Source: Sphingobacteriales bacterium JAD_PAG50586_3 (GTDB taxonomy: Bacteria > Bacteroidota > Bacteroidia > CAMBQF01). Taken from it: 64,000 bases of DNA. The DNA is taken from contig CP096135.1 of NCBI GenBank assembly GCA_023213195.1, forward strand, positions 558,548 to 622,547, in the 5' to 3' direction. The notes below the pieces were generated by a model, which worked only from the letters and a program-made list of their open reading frames with translations, ran no database searches and was not told the DNA's origin. Every line of letters starts with the position of its first letter. Position 1 is the first letter of the stretch. Below, piece after piece: positions 42,170-54,525 of this stretch. The translations under genes and the position numbers were made by a program.

Positions 42170-45100
42170 TTATAGTTCGCTTGCGCTTACGTTACGTACT
42201 TTGGTCATGTAGAATACTGATGGTTGAATACCAACTTCTTCTAATAGGTGGTACATGCGTGGCTCTTTTGAGTGCTTGGTAACGGTATGTGTATCGTCGT
42301 TCAAGTCGCCAAAAGTAATAGCATTGGTTGGGCAAACCTGCTGGCAGGCTGTTTTAATTTCACCGTCAATTGGGCGGCGGCCTTCTTTCTTAGCGTTAAG
42401 CTTGCCTTCTTGTATGCGTTGTACACACATAGAGCATTTCTCCATAACACCGCGGCCACGTACAATTACGTCTGGGTTTAATACCATTTTGCCCAGTGTA
42501 TCGTTCATGTGGAAATCAAACGCTGAGTTATCGGCATATTTAAACCAGTTAAAGCGACGTACTTTGTATGGGCAGTTGTTACCACAGTATTTAGTACCAA
42601 TACAACGGTTATAGGTCATTTGGTTTAACCCCTCGTTGCTATGGGTAGTTGCCAATACAGGGCATACAGTTTCGCAAGGTGCGTGGTTACAATGCTGGCA
42701 CATAACCGGCTGGAAAACTACGCGTGGGCTGTCTGATGGTACCTCCATATCAAGGAACTTGTCAATAGCGCCAACACCTTCTTCTTCCGCTTTTTTCTCG
42801 GTCATATCGCTGGTGTAGTAACGGTCAATACGCAACCAGTGCATATCGCGTCCGCGACGTACCTCATCTTTACCAACTACAGCTACGTTGTTCTCGCTAT
42901 GGCAACCAATTACGCAGGCACCACAACCCAAACAGGTGTTTAAGTCGATAGACATACCCCACTTATGGTTTAAGCGTGGGTGGTCTTCCCAAAGGTTTAC
43001 GTTGTTAGGCGTGTCTTTAGTGCCGTTAGAAAGAGATAAAAGAACAGGCTCGTTACCTGCCTTAGCGTCTTTCTTATAAGCGTCAAGTGTAGTTTCTTTA
43101 ACAATTGCGCGGCCCATCATAGTATGGAAGGTCTGCGTGCCTGCTAAATTATACGTTTCAGATGTTTTGTTAACCTTAACATCTACTGCGCTGTATTCAA
43201 AAAAGCCGTTGTCTTTGTTTATTGTAACTGCAGGGAAAGCGTTAGCGCCAATACCGTTAGCAGTTTTACCTGCTTTAGTGCGGCCGTAACCTAATGCAAT
43301 GCCAATAGTGCCTTTAGCCTGGCCCGGAGAGGCGTATACAGGCAGTTTAAGGGTAACACCATTTACAACAACCTCGGCAACGTTAGATAGTTGCTCTTGG
43401 CCGTTTAAAATGTTAAACTTAAAGTCATCAGAGTTCATGTCTGCAATAGACATGGTAATATAGTTATCCCACGTAACGCGAGAAATAGGGTCTGGTAACT
43501 CTTGCAACCAAGGGTTGTTGGCTAACCTGCCATCGCCCAAACCTGTTTTTTCGTAAATAACCAATTCAAAAGCACCACCCTTAACCTTGTTTAGGTTAGC
43601 GGCCGCTGTTGAAATGGTTGCAGGATCGGCAGAAATGGCTGCTGCTACAGGGGCTGCAACGGCTACAGGCGCTTGTGGGCGGCCATGTGGTGTAGCGTGC
43701 GCATCGCCTTCTTTATGCTCAGGTGCAGTAGCCGGTTCTTCAGCCGCTTCTACAACCGGTGCAGCACCTGCGGTTACGGCAGGGTAAACACCATCGTGCA
43801 AGGCTTTATTCCAAAACTCTGTAAATGAGCCAAAGCCACTACCGGGGAAGGTAGCAGTTTCCCATGTTTTCTTAATATAATCTGAATATGGGGTAGCGTT
43901 GCCTGACCATACAAGGATAGACTCTTGTGCCTGTAGCGGGTATTGTATATTGGGGCAATAGTTGGTTGCGCAAGGCTGAACTGGCCAGTACGTGGGTTAA
44001 AATCGTTCCACGACTCTAAGAAATGGCTGTCAGGACATACGTACTCACATTCTGCCGCTGTCTCGTCAATGTTTGGTGCAAAAGAAACGCGTAAGCCTAC
44101 TTTTTAAGGCCTGCCGAGAAATCTTTAGCGTTTGGTAAGGTATAAACAGGGTTTACACCTAATACTAAAACTGCTTCAACCGCACCTGCATTCATTTGGG
44201 TAACAAGATTGGTTACCGCTTTTTCGCTGCCTTGTTTGGTTTTGTCTGCAACATCAAGGTTAATGGTGTTGCCGTAGTTGCCAAGCATATCATTTATGCC
44301 GTTAACAATAACCTGTACATCAGGGTTGTTAGAACCGGCAACAACTAATGATTTACCGGCCGAAGCCAATAATTCTTTAGCTGCTTTGGCAATATTAATA
44401 TCGGCTTTATCAAGCTTGCGTGTTGGCAAGGTTGCTTTGCCTTTAGACTTAGCAATTTCGTTGTATAGGTTAATAGCCACAATACCTATCTCCGATGGTT
44501 TAACCATGGTGCGTATATCGGCGTTAGAGCCGGTTAACGACATGCCGCTTTCAAACTGGAAGTGGCGAGATAGTTTAATGTTTTTGTGGTCGGCACCGGT
44601 TTCAATCTTTTTGCCTTTTGCATACTGTATAGCATGCTCTTGCGGTGATAACCAGCTGCATAAAAAGTCGGCACCAATACCTACTATAGTTTCGGCTTTA
44701 TCAAAGCTGTAGGTAGGTATTACCGCTTTGCCAAAGCTTAAACCGTTGGCAGTAGCAATACCGGCATACGATACGCTGTCGTATTGTACAACCTCAACAT
44801 TGCCATATTTAGCGGTAAACTCGTCAATTGCACGTGTAGTAGACGGGCTTATAATGGTTGAAGAAAGGATTGCGATTTTACCTTTGCGGCCTGCAATAGC
44901 AGCCAGTTTATCGCCAATTTCTTTATCGGCTGATGCCCAGCTGATAGGGGCACCGTTTTTAACAGCCCCTTTAAGGCGTTCAGCATCGTATAGGTTAAGA
45001 ACAGATGCTTGTACACGAGAGTTGATACCACCAAGTGTAACGGCCGATAAATCGTTACCAATTACCTTAATAGGGCGGCCTTCGCGTGTTTTAACCAATA

Positions 45101-45419
45101 CACTGCAATAATCATAACCATCAAAGTAAGTAGATGCATAGTAGTTAGCTATACCTACGGTTACTTCTTCGGGCTTAAATAAATAAGGTATCGTTTTTGT
45201 TACAGGCGCTTCGCAAGCTGCAAGTGTTGCAGCAGTAACACCAAAACCTAAAAACTTAAGAAAGTCGCGGCGTGGGGTTTTACCTTCAGCAAGAGATGAA
45301 TCGCCCAAAAACTCATCCATAGGAAGTTGCTCGGCAAATTCATTTTCTTTCAGCTTGGCAAACTCGGGAGTATTCTCAAGTTCTTCTATTCCGCGCCAGT
45401 ATTTTAATTCTTTACTCAT
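42170..45419 (-). CDS. actB: Alternative complex III subunit ActB (molybdopterin-oxidoreductase-like + Fe-S domain), split at about 44100 and 43930
   Basis: KYWRGIEEL, Tat RRDFLK and LAAC, REGRPIK, NNPWLQELPDP, CLGCGAC, CQHCNHAPC, CIGTKYC, CSMC. Confidence 0.93.
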
Positions 45420-45469
45420 TTTGCAGTCTTTCGTGGTTTAACCTTGAAATTCTTAAATTACTATATCTA

Positions 45470-46710
45470 TTAATAGTGGCATTTACCACATTCTAAGCCG
45501 CCAATTTGCTCTACTGTAAATTTCTCGCCGGGGTGTATGGCGTTAAATTTAGTTTTCAAATCAGTATAATATACATTGCTGTCGGCTTTAACTTCAGTTT
45601 CGCGGTGGCAGTTAATGCACCAGCCCATTGTTAATGAAGAGTTTTGTTGTAACACATCCATCGTTTCTACTGCACCGTGGCATGTTTTACATTCTACACC
45701 GCCAACCTTAACGTGTTGAGAGTGGTTAAAGTAAGCCAAATCTGGCAGGTTGTGTACACGCACCCATTTAATAGGTTTAGGGTTAGGGCCGTAAGTTCCT
45801 GTAGCTGTGTTATAATCTAGCGCAGCGTAAATTTTAGCAATTTCTGTTTTGCCGCTAACCGGGCCTTCTTGTATGTACTTGTGGCAGTTCATACACACGT
45901 TAGCCGATGGAATGTTGGCGTGGCGGCTTTTTCTACACCGGTATGGCAGTATTGGCAATTGATTTTGTTATCGCCGGCGTGAATTTTGTGCGAGAATTTA
46001 ATTGGTTGCTCAGGTGCGTAACCCTCGTTAACACCTATACCTGATAAAGCATTCCAACCTACAACAAATAACATTAAGAATACAAGGAAGCCTAAAAGCA
46101 TTACCGGTTTCTTGTGGCTATAAATCCAGTCTTTGGTCTCGTCCCAGAAGGTAGCATCAGGGTTGGTTACTTTGCCTTGCTTAGCTTTAGCTGAGTTTGC
46201 AAGGTTGCGGCGTACCGGGGCTAATATTACAATTAGTATAACAAAGAAAATACCTAAGCCTATCCAAATAAATGTCCAGTTGGTTTCTTTAGCCGGGCCA
46301 GTTTCACCAGTTGGGCCTGTTGGACCTGCTTTAACCGGAGGAACATACGATGCTACGTAATCAAAAATAGCTTTAACCTCATCTGCGTTAACAGTTTGGT
46401 TAGGCATTACAGACTGGTTGTACTCAGCATATAGCTTATTAGCGTATGCATCGCCCGACTTGATAACGGCCTGCGAGTTTTGTACCCACTTGGTTAGTTT
46501 AACCATGTCGTTACCCCAACGCTCGGGGGCACCTTTTAGGCCTGGACCGATTAATTTTTCATCGGTAGCCCTGTGGCACGACGCGCAATTAGCTTTAAAA
46601 AGCTTCTCACCATCGGGTTGGGCATAGCCATTAAAACCAAACGATATTAATGCAAAAACTAAGATTAGTTTCTTAAAATGCTTGTTACTAAACGTTTTCA
46701 GACGAACCAT
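45470..46710 (-). CDS. actA: Alternative complex III multiheme cytochrome c ActA, split near 45930
   Basis: N-terminal CASCH plus CQYCH, CMNCH, CKTCH, CINCH and CGKCH (6 heme motifs). Confidence 0.93.
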
Positions 46711-46805
46711 AAGCAGTTGTGAACAAAGTGTTTTTGAGGTCAAAAACCGGCGGCAAATTTAGCAGAAACTATCTTCAAACCGAAGCTATAATTGAAAATA
46801 TTCTA

Positions 46806-46824
46806 ATTTAAAACAATTCTAAAT
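46806..46824. promoter_or_regulatory. Near-palindromic putative Fur-like operator upstream of actA
   Basis: ATTTAAAACAATTCTAAAT is 2 mismatches from the palindrome ATTTAGAATnATTCTAAAT and lies about 45 bp upstream of the TAAATTTG -7 element. Confidence 0.5.
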
Positions 46825-46884
46825 AAGATTAGGCCTGCTTAGTGATGCATTTGCTTTTTTAATTTGAAAGGTTAACTTTAAACC

Positions 46885-47373
46885 GTGAAATGCTCTGCAT
46901 GCATACCAATAAGGCCATTCCGTCAGGTTTTAACATTCCTGTTGGTAACCTTTATTGCTCTTTTTTGGCAAAATATGCCGGTAAATGCAGGCACACAAAG
47001 TTGCAAATTTATTTCTCCGCCCGATAGTTTAGACACCATTACGGTAGGTTCGGTCACAATCATCCAAAGTAAAGAGCTAAGCCAATTGGTAAAAAACCAG
47101 GTTGCCCATAATAAAGCCTTAAAAGATGTTAGTGGGTTCCGTATCCAGATTTTCTCAGAAAACGGGCCTAATGCTAAAGCTGATGCAGCAACCGCCCGGC
47201 AAAATTTTAATAATAAGTTTACCGGCATTGAGGCATACATGACCTACAAACAACCCTATTTTAAAATTTGTGTGGGCGATTTTAAAACCCAGCTAGATGC
47301 ACGCACTGCCTTGTTAGGTATTTTAAAAACCTACCCAAATGCAATTATAGTAAGGGAAAGAGTGGAGCCTTAG
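46885..47373 (+). CDS. SPOR domain-containing protein
   Basis: GFRIQIFS, YKQPYFKICVGDF.T, YPNAIIV. Confidence 0.85.
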   Translation: MKCSACIPIRPFRQVLTFLLVTFIALFWQNMPVNAGTQSCKFISPPDSLDTITVGSVTIIQSKELSQLVKNQVAHNKALKDVSGFRIQIFSENGPNAKADAATARQNFNNKFTGIEAYMTYKQPYFKICVGDFKTQLDARTALLGILKTYPNAIIVRERVEP

Positions 47374-48807
47374 CTGCCAAAAGCACGGAACAGCAAGAAT
47401 AGCGCCCCCGATAAAACTACGGTTACAGGCAAGGTAAGTATCCAGGCAATAAAAATATTTTTAAGTGTACCCCCTGTAAGTTTTTAATACCTCCTGCCGA
47501 TGCCATAGCGCCTGTTACACCACCTGTTAACACCTGTGTGGTGCTTACCGGCAGGCCGGCGTATGTTGATAAGGCTATGGTAGACATGGCTACCGCCTGT
47601 GCCGATGCTCCCTGGGCATAGTTAAGGTTGGTGTTGCCAATCTTCTCTCCAATGGTAATTACAATACGTTTCCAGCCCACCATAGTGCCAAGGCCAAGGG
47701 CCAGCGATATCATTATAATAACCCAGGTAGGGGCATAGTTGGTAAACGATTTTAGGCCTATCACCTGATCGTTAGGGATGAAGAAGCTGCCCTCTTCGCC
47801 ATTAATGGCCAGGGTAAGTTCTTTTTTATCCTTATCAGATATTTTTACGTGGCCTGCCTTTATCACCTTATCAATATTGCTTGCAATAAGCAACACATCG
47901 CTACGCACCTCAAAGGCTTTATCTTTAGGTATTTCGGCAGTATTGGTAGTTATAAGTAATTTCAGGTCGGCAATTTCAGCAGTAGCTTTGTCTATTTTCT
48001 TGCGGTCTTCAGCGTTAAGGTCTTGTTTGCTAATGTCGGCCACAATGGTTTCTATTTTGGCTAAAGGCGCTAAAACAGCTTGTGGTTCAACACCCCTGTC
48101 TATAGCAAAGTACATAGGCACAATGCCTATAAGCACCAACATAACAAGGCCTACGCCTTTTTGCCCGTCGTTAGAGCCGTGGGTCCAGCTAACACCTATA
48201 GAGGTGCCAACTAAAATGGTACGAATCCACATAGGGGGTTTTTACCCGGCTGCGGCTCTTTAAATATGGTTTTGTTTTTTACGGTATACTTTAAAATCAG
48301 CATAAGTATTACTGATAGAAAGAAACCAATAGCGGGAGATAGCAGCAGCGACATGCCAATATCTTTAGCCTTGCCCCAGTTAATGCCTGCGCCAAATTCG
48401 CCGTTTAAGTAGCTGTATGATAGACCTACACCAATAATAGAACCAATAAGGGTGTGAGAGCTTGAACAGGGTATGCCAAAATACCAGGTGCCTAAATTCC
48501 AGCCGATGGCGGTAATAAGCAGGGCCAGCACCAAACTGGCGCTGTGCCAGGTGTTGGCATCGGTTATAGCCTCTACTGGCAACAGGCTTACAATGGCCAT
48601 GGCCACGCTTAAGCCGCCTACTAAAACCCCTACAGAATTAAATATGGCTGAAACAACCACCGCTGTTGATGGCTTTAACGAGTTTGTGTAAATTACAGTA
48701 GCAACAGCGTTTGCTGTGTCGTGGAAACCATTAATAAACTCAAATGCGAAGGCGCACAAAAGACAGAACAGTAGTAAGAATGTGAGCCACGCGTCTAATC
48801 CGAACAT
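47370..48807 (-). CDS. PiT family inorganic phosphate transporter, split at two homopolymers
   Basis: INGFHDTANAVAT, PCSSSH, HGSNDGQK, GLPVSTTQ. Confidence 0.92.
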
Positions 48808-48869
48808 AAAACTAATTTCGGCAGCAAAATTAGTTAAACCCTTTAGGCAGTAAGGCTTAAAACAATTAC

Positions 48870-48897
48870 TTAAAGCTAAGTTAACATTGGCTTAACA
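48870..48897 (-). promoter_or_regulatory. Putative Pho-box-like direct repeat upstream of the PiT gene
   Basis: TTAAAG (48870), TTAACA (48881) and TTAACA (48892) at exact 11-bp spacing, upstream of the TAATTTTG -7 element at 48825-48832. Confidence 0.55.
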
Positions 48898-49046
48898 TTA
48901 ATTAGGCATCTCTATTGGGTTAAGTAGGTAACTATTGTGTTATACCATGCCTTGTAGCGTTATTTTATATATAAGCTACTTACTGCCAGTAATTTGAGCC
49001 GGTAAATCTTCTGAAACCTTATGTGCTGTAGCCGCCCGCCGTGCAG

Positions 49047-49768
49047 CTATTCTGTAGTTGAGTTTGCCTCATCGGCGCGTTTAAGTATATCCCAGCCCAG
49101 GCCTACAATTTTTTGGTCGGCCATGTCAAATGTTAAGTTGTATACCTCTGATGGTATGCTTTGGCGGCAAACCACGGCCCTTATAGCCATAACCTGCCTA
49201 TTGGTAATTTTGGTGCGGGTTTCTTCAAAACCAACTATTTTAATATCACTATAGTTGCCATATTTTACCTGCAAATCATCATCAGTTAAATATACTTGCA
49301 GCATATCTGCCGGCGATATAACATCGGGCTTTAAATAGGAAAGCACTGCAGCTGTATCGCCACTTGTTATACCTGCTATAAAACTTTTGCTCTTAGTGTA
49401 ATAAGGGGTAACAGCGTTTAGTGTTTTAAGGCTGTAATGCTTGGTATAATTATACCCTTTCAAATCCAGCTTAACAATAATGTTGTGGTAGGCTGTTGCT
49501 TTGTCAAACCCAAGGCTTTGCACAAAGTTATAGGCTGTTTTAGATGAAAGATAAATAGGGTCCATCTCCGGCGACTCCATTTTGGGGTCTTTAAAGTACA
49601 GCACCAAAGTGGGGTGTTCTTCTTTTTCTCAAAAATGGTAGTATCGGCTACGGTAAACTCAGCAGCACCCAGTTCTTTAGCAATACCTTCGGCAGCCTCT
49701 TTTTCGTCGGCCAGTGTGCAGGCACTAAATAGCATTACTATAGCAAAAAACAGAAGGCGCTGTTTCAT
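49047..49768 (-). CDS. Hypothetical lipoprotein, split near 49620
   Basis: Lipobox FSA-C; ORFs 49460-49768 and 49047-49607 overlap at a homopolymer. Confidence 0.6.
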
Positions 49769-49772
49769 TGTA

Positions 49773-50015
49773 TTATGATATGCTGTTACGTACCCTTTGC
49801 GCGTAATTACGAATAGCTACCATGGCTTCGGTACCGTTGGTATTCATTTCGTTTTTTACCCAAACAGCGGCTAACACGTGGGTTAGCTTTTCGCCTTCAT
49901 CGTGGCCCTCTATTTCTATAGCAGGTGTTTGCTCTTCTAACATAGCAGCTTCGGCCGCTTGTAGTTCTTCCAATGTGTACTGCTCTACAATCTTTTTAAT
50001 AACAGGAATCTTCAT
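49773..50015 (-). CDS. DUF6952-like small protein
   Basis: MKIPVIK..EIEGHDEGEKLTH..RNYAQRVRNSIS. Confidence 0.75.
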   Translation of the reverse strand: MKIPVIKKIVEQYTLEELQAAEAAMLEEQTPAIEIEGHDEGEKLTHVLAAVWVKNEMNTNGTEAMVAIRNYAQRVRNSIS

Positions 50016-50078
50016 ACCCTTTTCTCTTTACGGTTTAATAGAAATTATGCCGCAAAGGTTACAATAGTTTTATGATTT

Positions 50079-53000
50079 TTAATGGGTGATTATTAATTTT
50101 TGATGCCATACTTTGTTATTTGCCGTAATACGTACCAAATACACCCCACTTGCAAATGGGGCCGTGCTAAGGCTTGTATTGCCTGTTAGCTGTTGGCTTA
50201 ACAACACTTGCCCGGTAACATCAATCAGCGCTAATTGTATTGGAGTATTCTTATTTACTTCGATGTTTACTAAGCCATTAGCCGGATTGGGGTATACCTT
50301 AACAGGGTTTACAATAGTTTCTTCAATGCCTACACAATCAATTACCCTAAAGGTGTCTATACCCGTGCAGCCATTATTATCGGTAACCCGCAGCCAATAG
50401 GTACCAACGGCTGTAACGTTTATAGATTGCGACGCATTACCATTTTGCCAAAAGTATTGCTGGTAGCCACCCGGCGCGTTTAGTGTAAATGGCAATACGT
50501 TTTTACAGGCAACGGTATCGCCATTCAGTGTAAGTTCAAAGTTTAGGGCAGCGCGCACTACAAGTGTGTCAGAGCCTGAGCCGCAACTATCGTTAACACT
50601 TACCCAGTAAGTACCCGGTGTGCTAACTAGCAGGCTACTGTTAGAACTACCATCTTGCCATAAGTAGCTGTTAAAGCCTTGCGGTGCGTTTAGCGTAAAA
50701 GGCAACTCATCGGCACAAATAATAGTATCGCCGTTATATGCCAGGTTAATTGGGTCTGTTGTGCCACCGTTGTTTACAGCAATACTGTCGGTAGCAGAGC
50801 AGCCCGATTGGTTGTAAACAGTAAGCCAATAATTGCCCGGAGCCATGGCTACATTCACATAAAAATCTGAGCCATTATCCCATAGGTAATTTGCATAGCC
50901 TTGTGGCCCGAATATCAAGGCAGGGAAGGTAGCTCCGCAAGGTGTTTCATCGCCATTTACAGTCAATTGAAAATCGGGTGGGTTGTTGCCTACCCTGAAT
51001 GTATCGGTGCCTGCACAGCCATTACTATTTGTAACAGTTAGCCAGTATTTACCCGGCGAGTTAACCTGTAGGTTGGTGGTTTGGTTGCCGTTTTGCCACA
51101 GGTAGTTGGTATAGCCTTGCGGCGCGGTAAGTGTTATTGGCAATTGCGGGTTGCAAAGCAGCGTATCGCCGTTATAAGTTAAGTCAAAGTCTATAGCTGA
51201 GGTTTGAAGGGTAATACTATCAACCTCTACATTACAGCCGCTGCGGGCTGTTACCCAATAGGTGCCGGCGGTAAAGGCGGTAAACGTTTGTTCGGGGAAC
51301 CCATTTTGCCATTCATACTCATCAAAGCCCGGTGTGGCGGTTAAAACAACAACCCCATCGGTACACAAAAAGCCGGTAGATGCTATATCAAGCACCGGTA
51401 CAGGAGGATAATTTGTTAGGGTTATGGTATCGCGAGAGACACATCCGTTGCTATCGGTAACACGCACCCAATAGGTATTAGGGGCAGTAACGGTAAGGGT
51501 ATCGTTAGTGCTGTTGTTGCTCCATAGGTAGCTTGTAAAAGGCTGCTGGGCAAATAATTCGGTAGAATTACAAAAAGCCCTGTTTGGCCCAAGCGATACC
51601 TGCTGGGGCACTACGGTGGTAATTTGCAAAGTATCGTAAGTAATGCCGCAAGGGCCGGTTAATACTACACTTAGCATGCCGCTGCCTGCTGTACTTGTTG
51701 TAATAGATACGGTGTTATTGTTATTGTTAACCATTGTGCCGGGGCCGGTATAAGTCCACGCGGCAACATCGGTACTGGTAGCATAGGGTATGGTGTAGGT
51801 GTGCGGCATACCATCTTTACATAATAATGCAGGGCCTGCAATATCAGGGTTGTGGGGCTGTTCTAAGCCGCTAACAATATTCTGCAAGCCAATAGAGCCC
51901 AATGTTGGGGGAAAGTTAAGGGCACCTGTGGTGTAGTTACATGCAGCGCCGGCAAGGTTGGGGCTGTTAATAGCATCTAACGCGCCGCTACTGCCTGCAT
52001 AAATATATATTTTACCATTTATAGCGGCAGATAACTGGCCAAAAACAGATGCAGTGCCGTAAGTGTCTACCCGCAGTTTAGACGCGGCTATGGCGGCATT
52101 GCTGCCTGCTGCCAGGTTGTATTGCCATACCTGGTTTATATTCCAGTGGCTTACATATAGTTTAGAATTATCGGGAGAAAACTCCAGGCTATAGGGCTGA
52201 GGTAAAAAGCCCGATGGTTCTGCAACCATAATCATTTCAAACCCATTGGTAATTTGGCCGGTAGCCTTGTTAAAGTCGGCAATAACAATAGCCCGCGCAA
52301 AGCCACCTACCACACAAGCCGCAACTTTATTGCCATCGGGCGAGAATTTCATAGCGCCCAGCATGTGGTTATTTGCAGTACCCACATACGATACAACAGG
52401 AACGGTATCAAACCCCGCAGGGGTAATAAGGTAAGTTAGGTAGCGTGTAGTGTTTTGGTCGGCTACAGATACCCAAATATCGTTACCATTGGCATGGAAG
52501 GTGCCGGTTAGTTTTTCGCCTACACCATTGCGAATAAGTATGTTCTTCTTATCAGCAATAATAGCTCCCTGCCCGTTGTTAAGGGTCATGTCTACTATAT
52601 TATACCTAAAGCCGTTGGCGCCGTCGTTGTTCTCGGTAGCATCAGTAGTAAAAACATAATACTTATTTGCATCGCCGGGGTAGGGGGTAATAAGTACACC
52701 CTGTGTGGTAGAGTAGTGGCCTGTTAAGCCTGTTCCGTTGCCAATAATGTTAAAACCGCTGTTCCACACCGTCATCCCATCAGAAAATATTTGCAGGTTG
52801 CCATCAACATCAGATATTGTTGAGGTACACTCTTGCATAGAACTGTTCATAGGGCTGCCGCCCTGACCTATGCTGGGTGGGTTAAAATTGATGCGCTTGT
52901 GTTGTATTACCCAGTTGGCATTTATTTTATCTAAAGAGCAATCGCCAATTTCAAAGAATACCGTGCTGGAAGTATCGGCGCAACCGCTGTTGCCAGCTAT

Positions 53001-54492
53001 AAGAGAAATGTTGTGCCCGCCCGCCGCGTTAAAAGTGCGGCTTATAGATGTTAAATTACTTTGGAAAATACCATCTACATACCAGGCGTAGCTTGTGGCG
53101 TTTGTTGATGTACTGGTGGCGGTAATGGTTGCCCCGGGGCTATAGGGCCCGGCAGGTGTAAGGTTGAATGATGCCTGCGCGTTACAATTTACCCGTATAT
53201 CAAATGTTTCTGTAGCCAAGGCAGGCGGGTTGGCCATTGTCTGCAGTTAGGGTAATGGTGTATGTGCCTACGTTGTTAAATGTGCGTGATACTGTTGTGC
53301 CGGTGCCAAAAGGAACGCCATTTACGGCCCATGTGTAGGTTATACCGTTTGCAGGATAGGTTACAGTAAACGTTACAGAGCCCCCATATAATATTGTTGT
53401 GGCGCTGGTTGTGTAAATTGTATTTATTGGGCTATAGCAAATACTGTTGCAGCCAATAGATTGCAACAGGCTGGCCCTGCTGGTGTTTAAAGCCGAATTC
53501 ATGCGGGTGCTTTGCCCTTGCGAAAAGGCGTTTTGGCAAAACTGAAAACCATAGTCCATATAGTTTTCAAACATATCTGGCTGGTCGCCAAGGCCGCCGT
53601 TGGCTACAGGGCGAAAGGGGTTGTTTGGCGATAGGTCGTCATCATCGCTGCTACAGGTGTTGGGGTTTTCTGCACACAAAACAGGGTTAGTAGAATTGTC
53701 GGGCGGGGTATCGCATACACGGTCGCCATCGGTTTGGCAGTTGTTGTTGGTGCAGCCACCTTCAAACGTATGGTACAGGCCAAGGTAGTGCCCGGCCTCG
53801 TGTATATGTACTTTAGAGTTGTTTACGCTGCTGCCAAAAAGCGAAGCCTCGTTTACAATACCATCCTCGGGCTGCCCGTGCGATGATGGGAAATAGGCAT
53901 AGCCTGCCACGCCCGAGCCCATAGAAAATGTTGTAATTTCTTTTACCAACCATATATTAAGGTAGCGGGTAGGGTCCCAACGGATTAGGTTTTTAAGTTG
54001 CAGGTCTTCCGACTCCGCATTCATATTAGTAAGGGTAGATACGGTGCGGGTAATGCCGAAAGTGTATTCGCCATTAGGGTCTTGCTGTGCAAGGCAAAAC
54101 TGTATGCCCGTGTTTACGCCGTTACTTGTATTGTATGGAGATATGTTAGCAAAGGCCAGGTTTAAATGGAACAAACCATCAAGCACTTGTTGGTCTGATA
54201 TGTTTTCCTCCCCGTTGTTATGTATAATGTGTACTACAACAGGAATGGTAATAGTGCCGCCCCTTTGTGTGCCTGCAAAATTGCGTATGGCATTATCCAT
54301 TAGCTGCTGCTGTTGCGCGTATGCCGGGTTGTTGGCCTTTTTTAGGTTGTGCAACAAATCTGTTACGCAGCCCGGCGGGTTATTGGCCGGTTGTTGGCTT
54401 AGAGGTGCAGGCGATGTAATGGGTGCTTGCCCTGTTTGCGCGTTTAGCGTAAAGGTAAAAAGCGATAATATCAGCAGGTAGAATACTTTCAT
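50079..54492 (-). CDS. M43 (pappalysin-like) zinc metalloprotease with PKD, beta-propeller-like, repeat and T9SS C-terminal domains; paralog B, split at 53216
   Basis: IPVVVHII, HEAGHYLGLYH, DGDRVCDTPP, NYMDY, repeated YLW.NG/YWVTVT..GC modules, VYPNP..GVYLV CTD. Confidence 0.9.
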
Positions 54493-54525
54493 GGCATTAT
54501 TAATTTCAATGGTTATGCAAATTGT

